Positions 12,135-24,345 of a DNA stretch of 64,000 nucleotides are shown piece after piece (position 1 is the stretch's first letter; every line of letters begins with the position of its first letter). The notes below the pieces were generated by a model. The model worked only from the letters and a program-made list of their open reading frames with translations. It was not told the origin of the DNA and made no database searches. The stretch spans positions 41,170,001 through 41,234,000 of the forward strand of contig NC_087245.1 in NCBI RefSeq assembly GCF_037042905.1. The letters run 5' to 3'. The translations under genes and the position numbers were made by a program. Source of the stretch: Lytechinus pictus. Its lineage: Eukaryota.

Positions 12135-13912
12135 TTAAGATGGAGATATATAGAGAGAGGGGGAGAGAAAGAGGGGGTTGGCATATAAGATCATTTTTGT
12201 TAACCCCGATAAATTCGATAATAATATTATGTAACTTCAACAATACATGACAAATAACAAATTAAGTTGGAATCTGCTAGCTAAGGGAGCCATAATAGAC
12301 TACCCATTCTGCTTTTGATAACCGAATGCTAATGATGATTGGACTTTGATGTAGTCGGGTGTCAGTAAAAGATGAAAACGGGTCACAAAATGTTTGTTTG
12401 TTCGTTTTTCGTCACGCGCTTAAATGGTTGGGGCTGGGGTGTCTCCCTCTAAAAAATATATATAATAAAAATAATTGTTCTGTATATTATGTACATGCTA
12501 TTCCTTAATTGAATTTCATTGAATTTTTCGCCGATTCGACATACAAAAACTTTGGACGAACAAAATTGATCAATGATTCAATATTGTTTCTTTTCCCCGT
12601 TTACCTATTGTAGGATTATCTCACCATATCTAAAAACCTGCCCTTCAAATTTTTCCCATTCACTGCTTTTAGTAATAAGTTTCTAAAAAGAAATTATTAT
12701 AAAACAAGCTATATTGTGTAACTGGTATTTTCTCTGAAGTCAATAAAGGAATTATGTTTTATCTAGTGTGGTAATTTTCAATAGTCCTTTGTACATGTAC
12801 ATAGGCCTATATAATATTCAGGGAGTTTTCCGGTACATAAATGAAAGAAACCGTTGCATTGAAAGCCATTTTCTTCTGATAAAGATAATAATTGTTGCTT
12901 GCTATTTTCAAAGACAATCTTCAAAGAGTTATGATGATTATCGAACGTCCTGCAAATAAAATAAGAGTAACGCCGTACCGATTATTCTCACTTAATTTTA
13001 CCAGACAATTTACATTCACTGTATAATATTTTACAATACAGATTTTTTTTTCTCCTTTAAATTCAACAGATACAATTTACCTCCAGTGAATAAATAACAT
13101 TTTACAATGCAAATTGTTTCTCTTTTCAATTCAACAGATACAATTTACCATCAAGTATACTGTTTTACAGAACGAGTAAATTACGAGTTGCTTTTCAATT
13201 TGACAGACACAATTCACCTTCATTGTATAGATCGCAATTGACATGAACATCATCTCATCAATATCATATCAATACTTTAAATGAAAACTCGGAAGACCTC
13301 TTAATATCTGGATATAGCGGAGGGAACCAAGTTGGCAGGAAGACCTCAACGAACCACTTTTAAAAATCAAAAACTTGGATTTTTGTCCTCGAAAAAAAAT
13401 GAACAAATCCCACAATGTTAAGCATCAGACGGGTACCGCGTATTCAAGAAAATGGATTTGAAAAGTTGATTTTGAAATCAATTGAGTAAATGAAAATGGA
13501 TCGTGGTAGATGAATGGATAATGGTACATAAAAATTCGGCCGTTTGGTGCCACTTATAATTATGTAGAATTTATTTTTGCCACAATTATTGAAGGAGAAC
13601 TTCTTGTTAACTGGCTGGAGGCGCGCGTTCATATCAGTTTGCAGTCATTAAGGAGTTATTTTGATTGCATCGCCACCTGCTTTCGGGCCTGTGGATACAA
13701 GCCGAGGGCTCATGAATCGCATTTGCGATTGAGATTGCCTTTGTGCTAATAATAATTGTTATGATTATCATCCATCAGACAGCGTCAACGTTGTCAATGC
13801 TGTCCCGTCCCGTGACAACGCCAATCACTGTGGTATTTCTACAGTTGAAGCTGGGAACATTCATTGTATTGTTGCATGGGACAGACATTGACAAGTCTTC
13901 CAAAAGATTTTT

Positions 13913-14240
13913 TGTGCGTTTCATGAAAGGTCCTATCGGGTGTTTTATCCGACAAGGTCAGCTGTAGCCGCCAGTTACCATGGTAACAGTCAGACACCAG
14001 TGCCTCTCGGCCAATCAATATCAAGGAAAGTTGTCTGATCGGACAACTTCTCTCACGGCACTTTTTAATGAGACGCTGTCCCGGGGGCGTTTCATGGAAA
14101 CACCTGTCGGCTGGTTTATCCAACAGGTGCTGTTTTATCCGACAGTTACCACAGTAACGGTGCTTTTCAGCCAATCAAATTTTAATGAAATTTGTCTGAT
14201 CCGACAACTTATCAGACGACACATGCTGATGAACGCTCCC
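13913..14240. mobile_element. Two adjacent ~160 bp MITEs of the gcgtttcat/atgaaacgc family
   Basis: gcgtttcatg at ~13916 and ~14087; each has ttatccgaca, gttacca..gtaac and a central gccaatca; ends at atgagacgc and atgaacgctcccc. Confidence 0.65.
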
Positions 14241-14375
14241 CATGCCAGAACTAAAATGTCTGATGATCTCAAGCATAAAGATCTCATGCATGATGGTGGT
14301 GGTGGTGACGTCTGACGCGGAACCCATTTGATGCCAAACAACGTCTTTTACATTTGCATATTTAAAAAAACAAAA

Positions 14376-14653
14376 TTATTTAGATACTATTGGTTTTACA
14401 AGCTCTTCGTTCTGTTGGGTGTTCTGCCAAAGAAGCTCCTTCACGTCTACGTCACTGAGAGGTTTGACGGCGGGTATGACGTGGAGGCTGAAGGTGGTGC
14501 AGCATTCTCCCCGCTTGTTGCGGGCCTTGTAGACGTAGAGCCCGGCGTCGTCTTCTTTGGTGACGAGGATCTGGCAGTAGCAATCGCATTTGTCGTTCCA
14601 AACCTTGAACCGACCGCCGCTCTTCAAGTCCTCGTCATCCAGGATCCAGTGTA
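14376..14653 (-). CDS. Single I-set Ig domain protein, last coding exon
   Basis: Acceptor ttcttcttgtttttAG; (V)HWILDDEDLKSGGRFKVWNDKCDCYCQILVTKEDDAGLYVYKARNKRGECCTTFSLHV...IVSK*; has the C-strand W and the DxGxYxxxAxNxxG I-set motif; GC-rich codon usage. Confidence 0.88.
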
Positions 14654-15227
14654 CTAAAAACAAGAAGAAAGCAGAGGAATTGGCGAGGGATGTACAGAGA
14701 GATTTGGATTAAAGATGTATCTTTGGCACTTTATTCTCTTTTTTATCCCAACCCTTTCTAGACACAAGAAGATAACATTCAGAACTTGTTACAATGTCAA
14801 TGTATAATGCTTTCCAGCGTCTCTAAACTTTTTGCGTAACATCCGACAAGATCAAGGTCCTACTAAACAGGTAAGACGCCCGAAAATTTGCAGTGACATG
14901 AAGGTTGCCACTGAAACTTGTCATTCAGTGTCGATGATATTGACTGAAAAGGACCGTTCCGTTAATTTGCAGTGACATGAAGGTTGCCACTGAAACTTGT
15001 CATTCAGTGTCGATGATATTGACTGAAAAGAACCGTTACTTTGGTGACTATTAGTGGATGAAAACATGACTGTCATTGATGACACCTTATGAAACGGTGC
15101 CAGTAGGTCTGTTAAATTCACATCTGTCTGTCTCGGACCCTGCCTTTCTAAATATCCGGACTATGATTCGTTTTTAGCAGGTTATTACGCACGACGATTT
15201 CAAGAACAAAGTAAATCTATTGAAAAT

Positions 15228-15451
15228 CCCAGCCATGGCGTAATTTCCTTCAGCAAGAAATGTATCCTCATTGTGCTGCACTCAACCCAGGTGAGGTGAA
15301 TGGGTACCCGGCAGGATTAATTCCTTGAATGCACTGACCGCTGAAAGGCAGCTCGAGCTAAAGCTGGGGTAATAATAATAAACAATGCGCCTCGGAATAG
15401 ATTATTTCTAGATATATGGCGCTATATAAATGCCTATTATTATCATTATTA
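15228..15451 (+). mobile_element. 5'-truncated SINE (body shared with the 27214-27502 copy)
   Basis: cccagccatggcgtaatttccttcagcaagaa..tgtgctgcactcaacccaggtgag..aatgggtacc; tail gcgctatataaatgcc(tat)n. Confidence 0.85.
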
Positions 15452-15460
15452 TCAAAATAC

Positions 15461-15659
15461 CCGTCAAATGACAATGAACAGCTGGCAAGTCTTTGTCGAA
15501 AATTGGTGAACCGAAACAGCAGTTTCGTCCGAAGTTTAGGGGATGACGAAAATTGCAAATTTGTCATTTGTCAAGAGTCTAGGACGAAACTGCTAATTTT
15601 GATCCCAATTTTGGACAAAGACTTCTCGGTTGCTCATTGTCATGAAGGGCGTTTGACGA
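15461..15659. mobile_element. Degenerate palindromic MITE
   Basis: tgacaatgaaca..aagtctttgtcgaaaattgg..agcagtttcgtcc is mirrored by ggacgaaactgct..ccaattttggacaaagactt..tgctcattgtca. Confidence 0.7.
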
Positions 15660-15895
15660 TCCATTTTTTCATGTTCTTGAATCCGACGGTCGTCTTGAAA
15701 GCGAAGACTCCCATGTTATACCAACTACTGTCGAAAGGTACTGAAAACATCAAATGTGATTAGTTGAGAATATGAGAGGCGAGCATGAAGGAGAATTGAA
15801 ATTGTTGTTGCTGAATATAAGTTCATTGAAACGGGAACGTGTCTTAAGTCTTCCATGTCTTCGGGCTCCTACAGGATTTTCGTAGTATCACTAAC

Positions 15896-16012
15896 CTGAT
15901 TCGGGTTCTTCTGTAAGTCTGCAGAACAGGTTGACTCTCTTGCCTTCTTCAATCGACCTCGACTGTTGACGGACCTCGATCTTGGGCCCCTTGTAGCTTG
16001 GCTTGTTACCAA
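15896..16012 (-). CDS. Single I-set Ig domain protein, middle coding exon
   Basis: Acceptor tttcattcttcccttcAG, donor CAG|GTTAGT; 117 nt, phase 1-1; GNKPSYKGPKIEVRQQSRSIEEGKRVNLFCRLTEEPES = I-set A/A'/B strands; this frame is not in the ORF track. Confidence 0.88.
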
Positions 16013-18339
16013 CTGAAGGGAAGAATGAAAGCCAGAGACAGGCGGACGAACAACCAAAACCGGGAAAACGAAAGTCAAGCAGAGGGGGACGAAATTAAGA
16101 GACAGAATAAGGGCAGGTAGAGCCAGATCAGGGAGAAGACCAACGGACAAATTGAAAGAGAAACGGGAAAGGAGTCAACCAAAAGCAGAGGAAGAGAAAG
16201 AGAGAGAAATAGAGACAAACAGCCACGTCAAAGACATACGAAAAGGAAAGGATAGCATTTTCAAACGCCAATGGGCAGAAGAAAGGAAGAAGTGGACACA
16301 CATGCAAAGGATGATTAACAGAGGAACATACACGGATGACAAGAAATGGGGTAGGTGACGAATGGGTGGAGAAAAAGGATGAGAAACAACATGGATGGAG
16401 TGAATGAATAAGTAAATTATGGTATGGTGATATGAACACAACCAACACTCATAGACAGTTGTGTAAAAAAAAAATGCTCAATACGCTAATTGAACATCTT
16501 GCCAAGTTGACATGTAAGGTAACCTTTCATTTTTACACAACCTTTTTTTGAATACATGTACAAAGCATTAATGTTGATATTTTTATAGCTTGTAATACAA
16601 TCACATCAAACTTAATTGCATATAACCATGTTTTTACAAATGAAATATATACATTGCGTTTTATTGCAAGCATTGTCTAGAATTTTTTCATAAAATGAAT
16701 TGTGTTTATTTTCAAAGATTGGAAAATGTGATAAATTACCAATATGAATATAACATAGTCTTGAAATGAGCCGATGAGATTTTTTGATAATTTTATTTTC
16801 ATTCAAACAGTATTAGGCAGGAATGAATGATTAAACGAATGATGAGATACCTTTTATATACATGTATATTATGTATGGATTAATAAATTGAATTATGGAA
16901 TGTAGAGATTTCTGAGAACAAAATAATGTAAATGACATGATAACCCTTGATGACAACGTGGCTAACAGCAAACGCTTTACTTTTTTGATGGACAAAACTG
17001 GCAATTAAATAAAACTTTGGACACTTTATGCAGCAGACGTCGCTTAAAAGAATGTCAGAGATATTAAATAATATTGCGAACCAAGACAGCTAGAAATAGT
17101 GAATTTAAAGAGGAAAGAGAAGATCATCACAATATCGCATTTTTATGGCAGCCCATTTCGTTTGTTTTTGTTTTCTTTCTGTTGCAAATATAAACTTCTT
17201 TTTTATTTTGTCTTATTTTGATATTTAAGTTGCACTATGGGGAAAGTGTAGAATGAAAATCAATTTTACTTAAAATTTGAAGTAACATCACATAATTTTG
17301 TCATCCTCATAAGCAACTAATTTGCTGCATAGATAACTTCTAACGTGTATATACTGGGTGTATAAAAAAAACGTATAAAAGGTAACCGAAGTTTAAAGGT
17401 CTGCTATCATATATTATTCTTGATATTTATATTCTACATCCGTCAGTAACTCATCAACTTTAATTAAACATCTTGCGTCCGTCAATAAATTTTGAAGGGA
17501 AAACTCTCATGAAACCAAAACCTTGCACCAAATTGGCTTCGTGCATGTACATTAAAACCCAACACTTAGAAAAAGTGGGTTTTGTACCCTTCGCCTTCGA
17601 TAGACTATAACTATGTGACCCATTACAAATGTGATGCAAGGTAGGTGTCAAATTAAAGTTAATGAGTTACTCAATTATTTAAAATAGAAATTACAAGAAT
17701 AAATCAGGTATTATTGATATAGCTGACCTTTGAACTTCGATTCACCCCCCTTTTTTTTTATAGAAACACCCTGTATTTAATCCTGCTATTCTTTCCATGC
17801 GACGACCCAAATGAAAGTTAAAAAATGATTAAATTGGATATGGAACGCTGCAGGTAAAAACGACTCGTCTTCTTTTGGCAGACTTAAGCTCAAAAGAAAG
17901 ATTATACAACCAAATCTGTTACTATGGCAACAGATTGGTTAAACTTTAAAATGAATAGGTTAAGAACGCCAGAAGATGACTTTGTCTTTCTGTCTGAGCA
18001 ATAAAACAAAATGGAGGATGAAAACGTGGTCGGGTGAGCTTTTTCAAAGATGCAGACCAAAAATCAGTGAATTCCATTTCGTTTTTAAATGTTCGATACT
18101 TACTTGCTTTTGCGCAGAATTGATATATCGGTTTTATTATAAGGATTACCAGTGGAGAGGAAAAACAAAATAAATACAGATTTATCATATGAAATCACAA
18201 ATAAAATATGATGGGCCTTATTTCAATCGTTTACATTGCAGAAAAAGCACAAAATGTATTAAACAACTTTTAAAACAGTTAGATGCTTGAATAATGTATT
18301 GTTACAGCCTAAATATATTTCTATCATAGCTTATTAATA

Positions 18340-18585
18340 CACTCTAAAAAATATTGAGTAATTTTGCTCTATGAGGGTAATTATTGGGAATTTCTTTTGG
18401 GCATTTTTATTCATCCAGTGATGAAAATTGTACCCATTCTAAACCTCTAAAGCAACTGCTGCTTATTTTTTTTAACCTTACAGGACAATAAGCTTCCCGC
18501 GTTGGGTAAGATACTGCCCCAAATTTGGTTGGACACATAATTACCCTCATGCTGATCAAAATTTTACCCAATATTTTTTACATTG
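18340..18585. mobile_element. CACT-terminus MITE, degenerate
   Basis: TA|cactctaaaaaatattgagtaa ... ttacccaatattttttacattg|TA. Confidence 0.7.
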
Positions 18586-18683
18586 TACCTAAATTTGACA
18601 GGAAAGGTACAACATTAACTTTTCCCTCATTTCAAAATAAAAACTTTTATATATACATGCATATAAACGCTGTTAAAACAAAC

Positions 18684-18690
18684 CTGACAT
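18684..18690 (-). CDS. Single I-set Ig domain protein, start codon (ATG TCA G) at the end of exon 18684-18781
   Basis: (CT)n-ttgtAG acceptor at 18782; donor CAG|GTTTGT; acaATG with an in-frame TAA three codons upstream; phase 1 fits the next exon. Confidence 0.7.
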
Positions 18691-19090
18691 TGTTCCTTAG
18701 CTAGATTCTCCTCAGTGTCTGAATTTCTTTTTAAGAACGTTAAATCAAATTGCCTGCCTCTTCACGTTCCCTGGTAATGTTCTACAAAGAGAGAGAGAGA
18801 GAGAGGTGATTAAAAAATATGGCCAAATAAAAGGGAATAGTAAATCAGTAAGTCCACATCTTACTTAGATCTGCCCCCAATAACAGGCTTTGACATAAGG
18901 GTGTACAATCAACTGCGCCTATAAAACGAATGTTGTGATTGGTTGCGGTTTTCTCTGGACTATGTGTTGATGCGACGATGATTTTGATTGGTCAGTGTAA
19001 GTTTTGCAATTATTCTGTTCTTGTATTACGTCACTGAGCCCTACACATAGAGATGTATACTAATTATTAGTATATATCTCAATGGCCATA

Positions 19091-19298
19091 CACTCTAAAT
19101 TGCAGGTATTTACAGGTGAGCTGTAGGAGGGTCGAATTCTGAATTAAGTTTTACTCCTATAGAATAATTATTAAATCGCGAGGGATTTAAATTCAAATCC
19201 TCGGGATTTAAAAATAAAGTTTTAGGATTAAAAATAAATCCAGAATTTGATTGGTCCCTAAATTGCATGGATTTAATGAATCCCTGCAATTTAGAGTG
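19091..19298. mobile_element. CACT-terminus MITE
   Basis: TIR cactctaaattgcagg / cctgcaatttagagtg. Confidence 0.75.
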
Positions 19299-19668
19299 TG
19301 TTGATCGTCACGGCTTTGAACAGGATGGGATTTAATACCCGGTCGGCTTCAAAAGCGTGCGGAGAGAGCAGGGCGAATCAAGTATCGGTTTAAACCTGCC
19401 CCTTTAAGATATCTCCATCTCTCTGAACCCTAACGGTATTCACAGGGCAAGCAATTAAATGTTTTGATTAATGGCTGGTTATAGGTCAGTGGACACATAC
19501 ACGTCATTCAAGGAGCTAGACGGGTGTTTATCGAAGCCCTGTAGGTCGAATCCTCCCACCCCTCACGATAGACTACCCCTTGTTTGTTATACTTGTCATC
19601 AAAGCCTTTTTGACTGTGATTGGGGGTTACTTTCTTTTTTCCAGGATTGAGTATGATTGAACGAAGAC

Positions 19669-22613
19669 CAGGGGCATAGGCGGATCCAGCTTTTGGCGAA
19701 AGGGGGGGGGCGCACTGCCGAGCGGCGCACATATTTTTGCACTTCACCGGCGCCATAAAAGAAAATGTTGAAAAAGGGGTAAAGTCTGACCCTGTCAAAT
19801 GCTCTTTTCAAAATGTAGGATTTCCAGTCATGCCATTTTGCATGACCACACGCAGATAATATTTCCGGGGGGGGCAAGACTCGAAAATTTGGTGCACATC
19901 TCACATTTGCACACTTTTCATAGTTTTTATGAAATGTTAAGGGAAAAAAATTGTTTTTCACAACAGCAGATCGCGAATGTGCCCCCCCCCCCTTCGACCC
20001 TTGCTGCGTACGACCATTCCCTGAAGTCCACTTAAACATATCTCATTATAACAGAAAATATACATCAATTTAAACATATAATATTTCTAAAACATATATA
20101 GAGAGAGACTGAAAAACTTATTAAAGAAAGAAACAAGCAAAAAGTAACACAAATTATGCATGTTATGTGCGATTTCAAAATCTCGTGTATTAACCCTTTT
20201 ATTGCGATGAGGCCAATACTTTTGTATATTAATAGAGATACAAGTTTTTTTTTACTATATGTATATATATATATACACAGGGGCGTCGATCCTTTTTTAA
20301 GATTTGGGGGGCAAAATCATGAATCAACTTTCCAAAGGCGCTCGATATCACACAAAACAAACAAACTCACACACACACACACATATGCATATGTATATAT
20401 ATATTTATATGACTCATGAGATAGAAACACATATCTCACCAACAAATTAATGCGAGCGCGAAACGCGAGCTGAAATTTTTTGGTATACTGACCTGAAAAC
20501 AGGAAAAAGGTGCCTGTTTAGGACTGTTTGTAGTAACTCATGAGGAGGATACATATCTCACTACACAGATAATGCGAGTGCCAAGGGCGAGCTGAAATTT
20601 CTTTATATTCTGACCAGAAAGCTTGATATTCTATGCATTTTTGTTACCAATGATTAAGATGGGTATCTAAAAAAACAGTAGATGCGAGCGCGAAGCGCGA
20701 GCTTAAAATTTTGATATTTAGATCTGAAAAAATGACAGTTTAATGGACGTTTGTAATAAAGAACAAGATTATATCCAGCAAAAGATTATTGCAAATCGAA
20801 GCGGGAGTTCTTTTGACGTTTAGTCCTGAAAAAGGGACATTCTATTCACCTATTTAATCATGAAAAGTATGGGGTTTTGCTACAGAAATGATGCGAGCGC
20901 AAAGCGCGAGCTGAAAATTTTTATATTCCAATCTGAGAAGCGGATAATTTAAGCACGATTTTAAACAAAGAACGAGTTGTGTAGCTCAATTTCAATATAC
21001 GACTGGTTGCGTAATTATACACTCCCGGTACTAGCAACGGGTTTTAGCAAAGTTTTGGGCTAAAATGTCGAATCATCTTCATAAAACACTATAGTAGCTG
21101 TCTTAAACTAAAGGCCATAGAGATGGCACAATGTGGAATGTGTAAAGAAGAAAAAGTGACTGACCTTCTTTTTATTAAAGCATTGGAAAATAAGATCATA
21201 ATTAAAGGATTTGCTCTACGCTTTTGTATGATTCTGGGATTTTTTAAATAAATTAAAGATTTCATGACATCTGCATGTCATTCTGTGGGCAACTGCCCCG
21301 CCCCAGTCTACTCTGTAAGGGCATGCAATAAGCTTTGTTATGACCATTCAACAATAAAATGTATAACCAGGTGCCGCTGATCATTCTTGACCGGCGCCGA
21401 TCTAGATTTGGTTGGCAATAGGCCCTTCTTCATTATTCTACCGGCGCCTCATTATTGGAACCAGGGGACGCTGATTATTCTTGACCGGCGCCGATTTTTT
21501 TCAGAACAAGTAGTGCTGATTATTTTTACCGACGTCACGTAAGATTCAGGCAGCGGCAATTCATAATTGACTGGCGCCGATTTAGAATCAGGAGGCGCCG
21601 ATTATTCTTGACTGGCGCCGATTTTTAACCAGGTGGTGCTGATTATTATTGTCCGGCGCCGATTTAGATTTAGGTGGAGCTGATTATTCTTGATCGGCGC
21701 CAGTTAAGACTCAGGCAGCGCCGATTAATAACCAGATGGCGCTGATTATTCTTGACCAGCCCCGATTTAGATATAGGTGGCGCTGATTATCCTTGATCGG
21801 CGCCGGTTACGAACTCAGGCAGCGCCGATTTTTCTTTACCGGCGCCGATTTATAACCAGATGGCGCCGTTTATTCTTGCCCGGCGCCGATTTAGATTTAG
21901 GTGGAGCTGATTATTCTTTATCGGCGCCGGTTAAGACTCTGGCAGCGCCGATTTATAACCAGATGGCGCTGATTATTCTTGTCCAGCCCCGATTTAGATT
22001 TAGGTGGCGCTGATTATCCTTGATCGGCGCCGGTTAAGAACTCAGGCAGCGTCGATTTTTCTGTACCGGCGCCGATTTATAACCAAATGGCGCTGATTAT
22101 TCTAATCTGGTGCCGATTTAGATTTAGGTGGCGCAGAGTATCCTTGATCGGCGCCGGTTAAGACTCTGGCAGTGCCGATTTTTCTCGACTGGCGCCGATT
22201 TATAACCAAATGGCGCTGATTATTCTTGTCCGGCGCCGATTTAGATCAAGGTGGCGCTGATTATTCTTGATTGGTGCCAGTTATATGCAAGCAGCGCACT
22301 GCTGATTATTTTTAACCGGCGAAGTTGTTGGGAAAAGGGTAGTTAAAAAGAAAAGATAAGGAAGATGATATGATTGTGCTTTGCTGGAGGATAGTCTTTC
22401 CTTACTGTTGCTATCAGTGTATAATTTTTTTAAGCGGCGCCTTTTCTTTTCTTTCCTTTATTTTTTCAAGCAGCGCCTTTTCTTTCTTTTACTTTTCTTT
22501 TATTTTTTTTGAGCGGCGCCTTCGGCGCCGCTCAAATATTAGGAGGAGGGGGGGGGCGCGCGGGGGGGGGGGGGCGCGCGCCCCCTGCGCCACCCCCCCT
22601 GGATCCGCCACTG
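19669..22613. mobile_element. Cluster of hAT-like non-autonomous elements (CAG termini, ggcggatcc TIR, G/C runs)
   Basis: cagggg..ggcggatccag at the left, ctggatccgccactg at the right; internal gcgagcgcgaagcgcgagc subrepeats at 20450-20920; internal boundaries unresolved. Confidence 0.6.
21360..22325. repeat. Degenerate tandem array of ~20 bp units built on GGCGCCGATT / GGCGCTGATT
   Basis: Dozens of ggcgccgatt-attcttgacc / ggcgccgatt-tagatttagg units. Confidence 0.9.
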
Positions 22614-22614
22614 A

Positions 22615-22762
22615 GGGGCCTGTTTCATTAAACTTGTTATAATAACACATTTTCAGTGACAGTTAAAAGCTACCGAAATCCTTCAATCTGATTGGCTGAT
22701 AGTAAGTTTGTTATAGAAATTATGCATTTGTTATTATAACAAGTATTTGTGAAACGGAACCC
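22615..22762. mobile_element. ~150 bp MITE with central ctgattggctg
   Basis: ggggcctgtttca..acttgttataataaca / tgttattataacaagt..tgaaacggaaccc. Confidence 0.75.
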
Positions 22763-23640
22763 TGGAATGGAAAGGGTTGGTACCGGAATTATTCCAATGG
22801 GGGGGGGGGGGAGGAGATGCGGTGGAGGCAGTGGTGTACCTGGATAACCTGCTGGGAACCTGGGCAAAACATATTTGACATCTTAGGCATGTTAAGGGGG
22901 AATTATCTGAAGCCCCATCGCCATTTCCAGAACATTTTCCCTTCAAAAAATAAGAAAGATCTTAAAAATTCGATCGTGGCAAAAATGCCCCAAAGAAATA
23001 AACAAAGAAAAAAACTATGGAGGAAATTTTGTAATCCCTGCCACCCCTCCCCCACATGTGCTATTTCAGAATCACGTGGTATTCATTCTGTTCGCAAAGT
23101 TTTAGATCAGTCAACTTAGCGGTGACATTTTGAACAAATTAGATTTCCAAATGACCTCGATCCCAGCTGTCTATAACTTCCTATTTGGTAGATCATCATG
23201 AACACATACAGAAACGGGCAATTTCAAAGGTATATGTTTAGCCTTAATTTTCGGGTAACTATATGAAATTTATTTCATCCTAACGTCTTGATTTAACACA
23301 ACTGCCAAAATTGAATTGTATTCAATTACCAATCTTCCCCGGTAAAAGGGAACAGACCGACAATTGATGTATTAAGGCAACATGGAGACATTAAATGGAG
23401 TCATTGTTTGTAGCACAAGCCGGTAATATTTTTACCCCATAGCTATTTCAACGTAACATTGCGTAACATTTACAAAATGTTTGGAATCTTTACCCAACCA
23501 AAATGCATGTTCCCATTTCACCCAATTTTGGGTAAACCTTTTTTTAGAGTGTAGGCCATTTAAAAAAAAAACAGATTTTCACGCTTCCCAAAAATGACCA
23601 ATAAAAATATAACCATAGTAAACAACACCATTATACTTAC

Positions 23641-23680
23641 CGATTTGACCCTGTTCTGTCCGTATATGTCAGGTTATTAT
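23641..23680 (-). other. Candidate 40-nt non-coding 5'UTR exon of the Ig gene
   Basis: ctaat...gtttttacAG acceptor with branch-like CTAAT, and perfect G|GTAAGT donor. Confidence 0.5.
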
Positions 23681-23944
23681 CTGTAAAAACATATTAGGAA
23701 ACAATACGGTAATTAATAAACCGTGCTTTAAAGATGCTATCTTGTCATTCACTACGGATATTTCCAAGTTGCCCATTGTAATGCCTTCTAATTCTATCTG
23801 TGGTCTTTCTTAATGTTCTATACATCTTATTACCGAAATACAGTTTTATAAGTTTACCCAAGAATTCCTATACATTGATACTTTATTGATTTTAAACGCC
23901 ATTTCGGGAACTTGACTGGATATTTTTGTAAGGGGTTCGCTACC

Positions 23945-24345
23945 GGTAAATTGCCAATTTGTCCACTGCCAACTCATCCACTCACCACATGGTCTAATTT
24001 CATTTTAGTTTAATGCCATTCCGCTCATCACCATTTCGTCTAACAACCATTTGGTCCAAGCATCACTTCGTCTAATCACCATTTCGTTTATGACAATTTC
24101 GTCTCATAACCAGTTGGTCTAATGTCCAATTAAATTTCATTCATTTTTCACAATTAACACTTAGTCCAATTATACCAAATGGCCTGTGGACTAAACGGCT
24201 ATTTGACCAACTGGTTATTAGACGAATTGGTGAATGGACGATTGGCACCTAGACCATGTGGACAGTGGACGAACTGATGGTAGACCAAATGATAGTAGAC
24301 GAGTTGGCAATCGGACGAACCGGCATTCGACGAATTGAAAATAAA
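23945..24345. mobile_element. Foldback-like repeat with inverted short subrepeats
   Basis: Left half: ccatttcgtcta / ccatttggtcca units; right half: their complements (tagacgaattgg, tagaccaaatg); ttgcca..ccaactc versus gagttggcaa. Confidence 0.65.

Noticed and set aside
14885..15030. ~66 bp direct duplication (80 bp period) in an Ig gene intron
   Set aside because: Simple local tandem duplication with no further structure
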